Assembly (NCBI GenBank): GCA_000002445.1
Contig: CH464491.1
Location: 2,272,001 to 2,336,000 of the forward strand
Length of the DNA stretch: 64,000 nt
Direction: 5' to 3'
DNA from: Trypanosoma brucei
Lineage: Eukaryota
Part shown: piece after piece, positions 63,978-64,000 of the stretch
Layout: each line of letters begins with the position of its first letter
How positions within the stretch are numbered: position 1 is the first letter of the stretch
Program-made: the position numbers and the translations under genes
The notes under the pieces: model-generated
Database searches by the model: none
Seen by the model: only the letters and a program-made list of their open reading frames with translations
What the model was told of the DNA's origin: nothing

Positions 63978-64000
63978 NNNNNNNNNNNNNNNNNNNNNNN

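Larger units (their letters stand above)
46815..64000 (+). repeat. Head-to-tail tandem array (at least 7 units, ~2,521 bp each) of Y-family DNA polymerase (Pol kappa/DinB-like) genes; extends beyond the window end
   Basis: Directly visible periodicity. CDS starts fall at 47164, 50992, 53510, 56031, 58552, 60970 and 63491, with spacings of 2518-2521 bp (2418 between copies 5 and 6; 3828 between copies 1 and 2 because of an insertion plus gap). The ~790-bp intergenic spacers are near-identical. Confidence 0.95.

Noticed and set aside
1-64000. Search for prokaryote-type features (CRISPR arrays, operons, Shine-Dalgarno sites, rho-independent terminators, IS elements)
   Set aside because: The sequence is eukaryotic and kinetoplastid-like: unidirectional intronless genes, pyrimidine-rich spacers and microsatellites. 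No direct-repeat/spacer arrays or IS-like inverted repeats were seen.

Overview
This window looks like kinetoplastid (trypanosomatid) nuclear DNA, most consistent with an African-trypanosome-type chromosome-internal region. There are no prokaryotic features (CRISPR, operons, sigma promoters). Every credible gene is on the + strand and has no introns. Genes are separated by pyrimidine-rich intergenic tracts and (TA)n/(GT)n microsatellites, which fits a single polycistronic transcription unit processed by trans-splicing and polyadenylation.

Positions 1-41,200 carry 16 unrelated protein-coding genes:
- a divergent carnitine/choline acyltransferase-like protein
- a C2H2 zinc-finger protein
- a katanin/spastin-type AAA ATPase
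- NADPH-cytochrome P450 reductase
- an RNase III-domain protein
- a small J-domain protein
- a Cof-type HAD phosphatase
- two amastin-like membrane proteins
- a CCCH zinc-finger protein
- several coiled-coil or hypothetical proteins

Positions 41,200-46,800 form a 6 kb T-rich, ORF-poor tract. From about 46,815 to the end of the window there is a head-to-tail tandem array of at least seven Y-family (DinB/Pol kappa-like) DNA polymerase genes, with a repeat unit of about 2.52 kb. Copy 1 carries a frameshift. A 100-N assembly gap and an inserted unrelated ORF lie between copies 1 and 2. The last copy is truncated by the window end and by Ns.

The array is the most notable thing in the window. Its intergenic spacers are essentially identical, while the coding regions are mosaics of near-identical and strongly divergent cassettes, including the active-site-proximal region and the thumb/little-finger linker. 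Motif III is D-E in some copies and D-D in others. The ORF track evidently allows TTG/GTG starts; where this matters, coordinates below use the first in-frame ATG.
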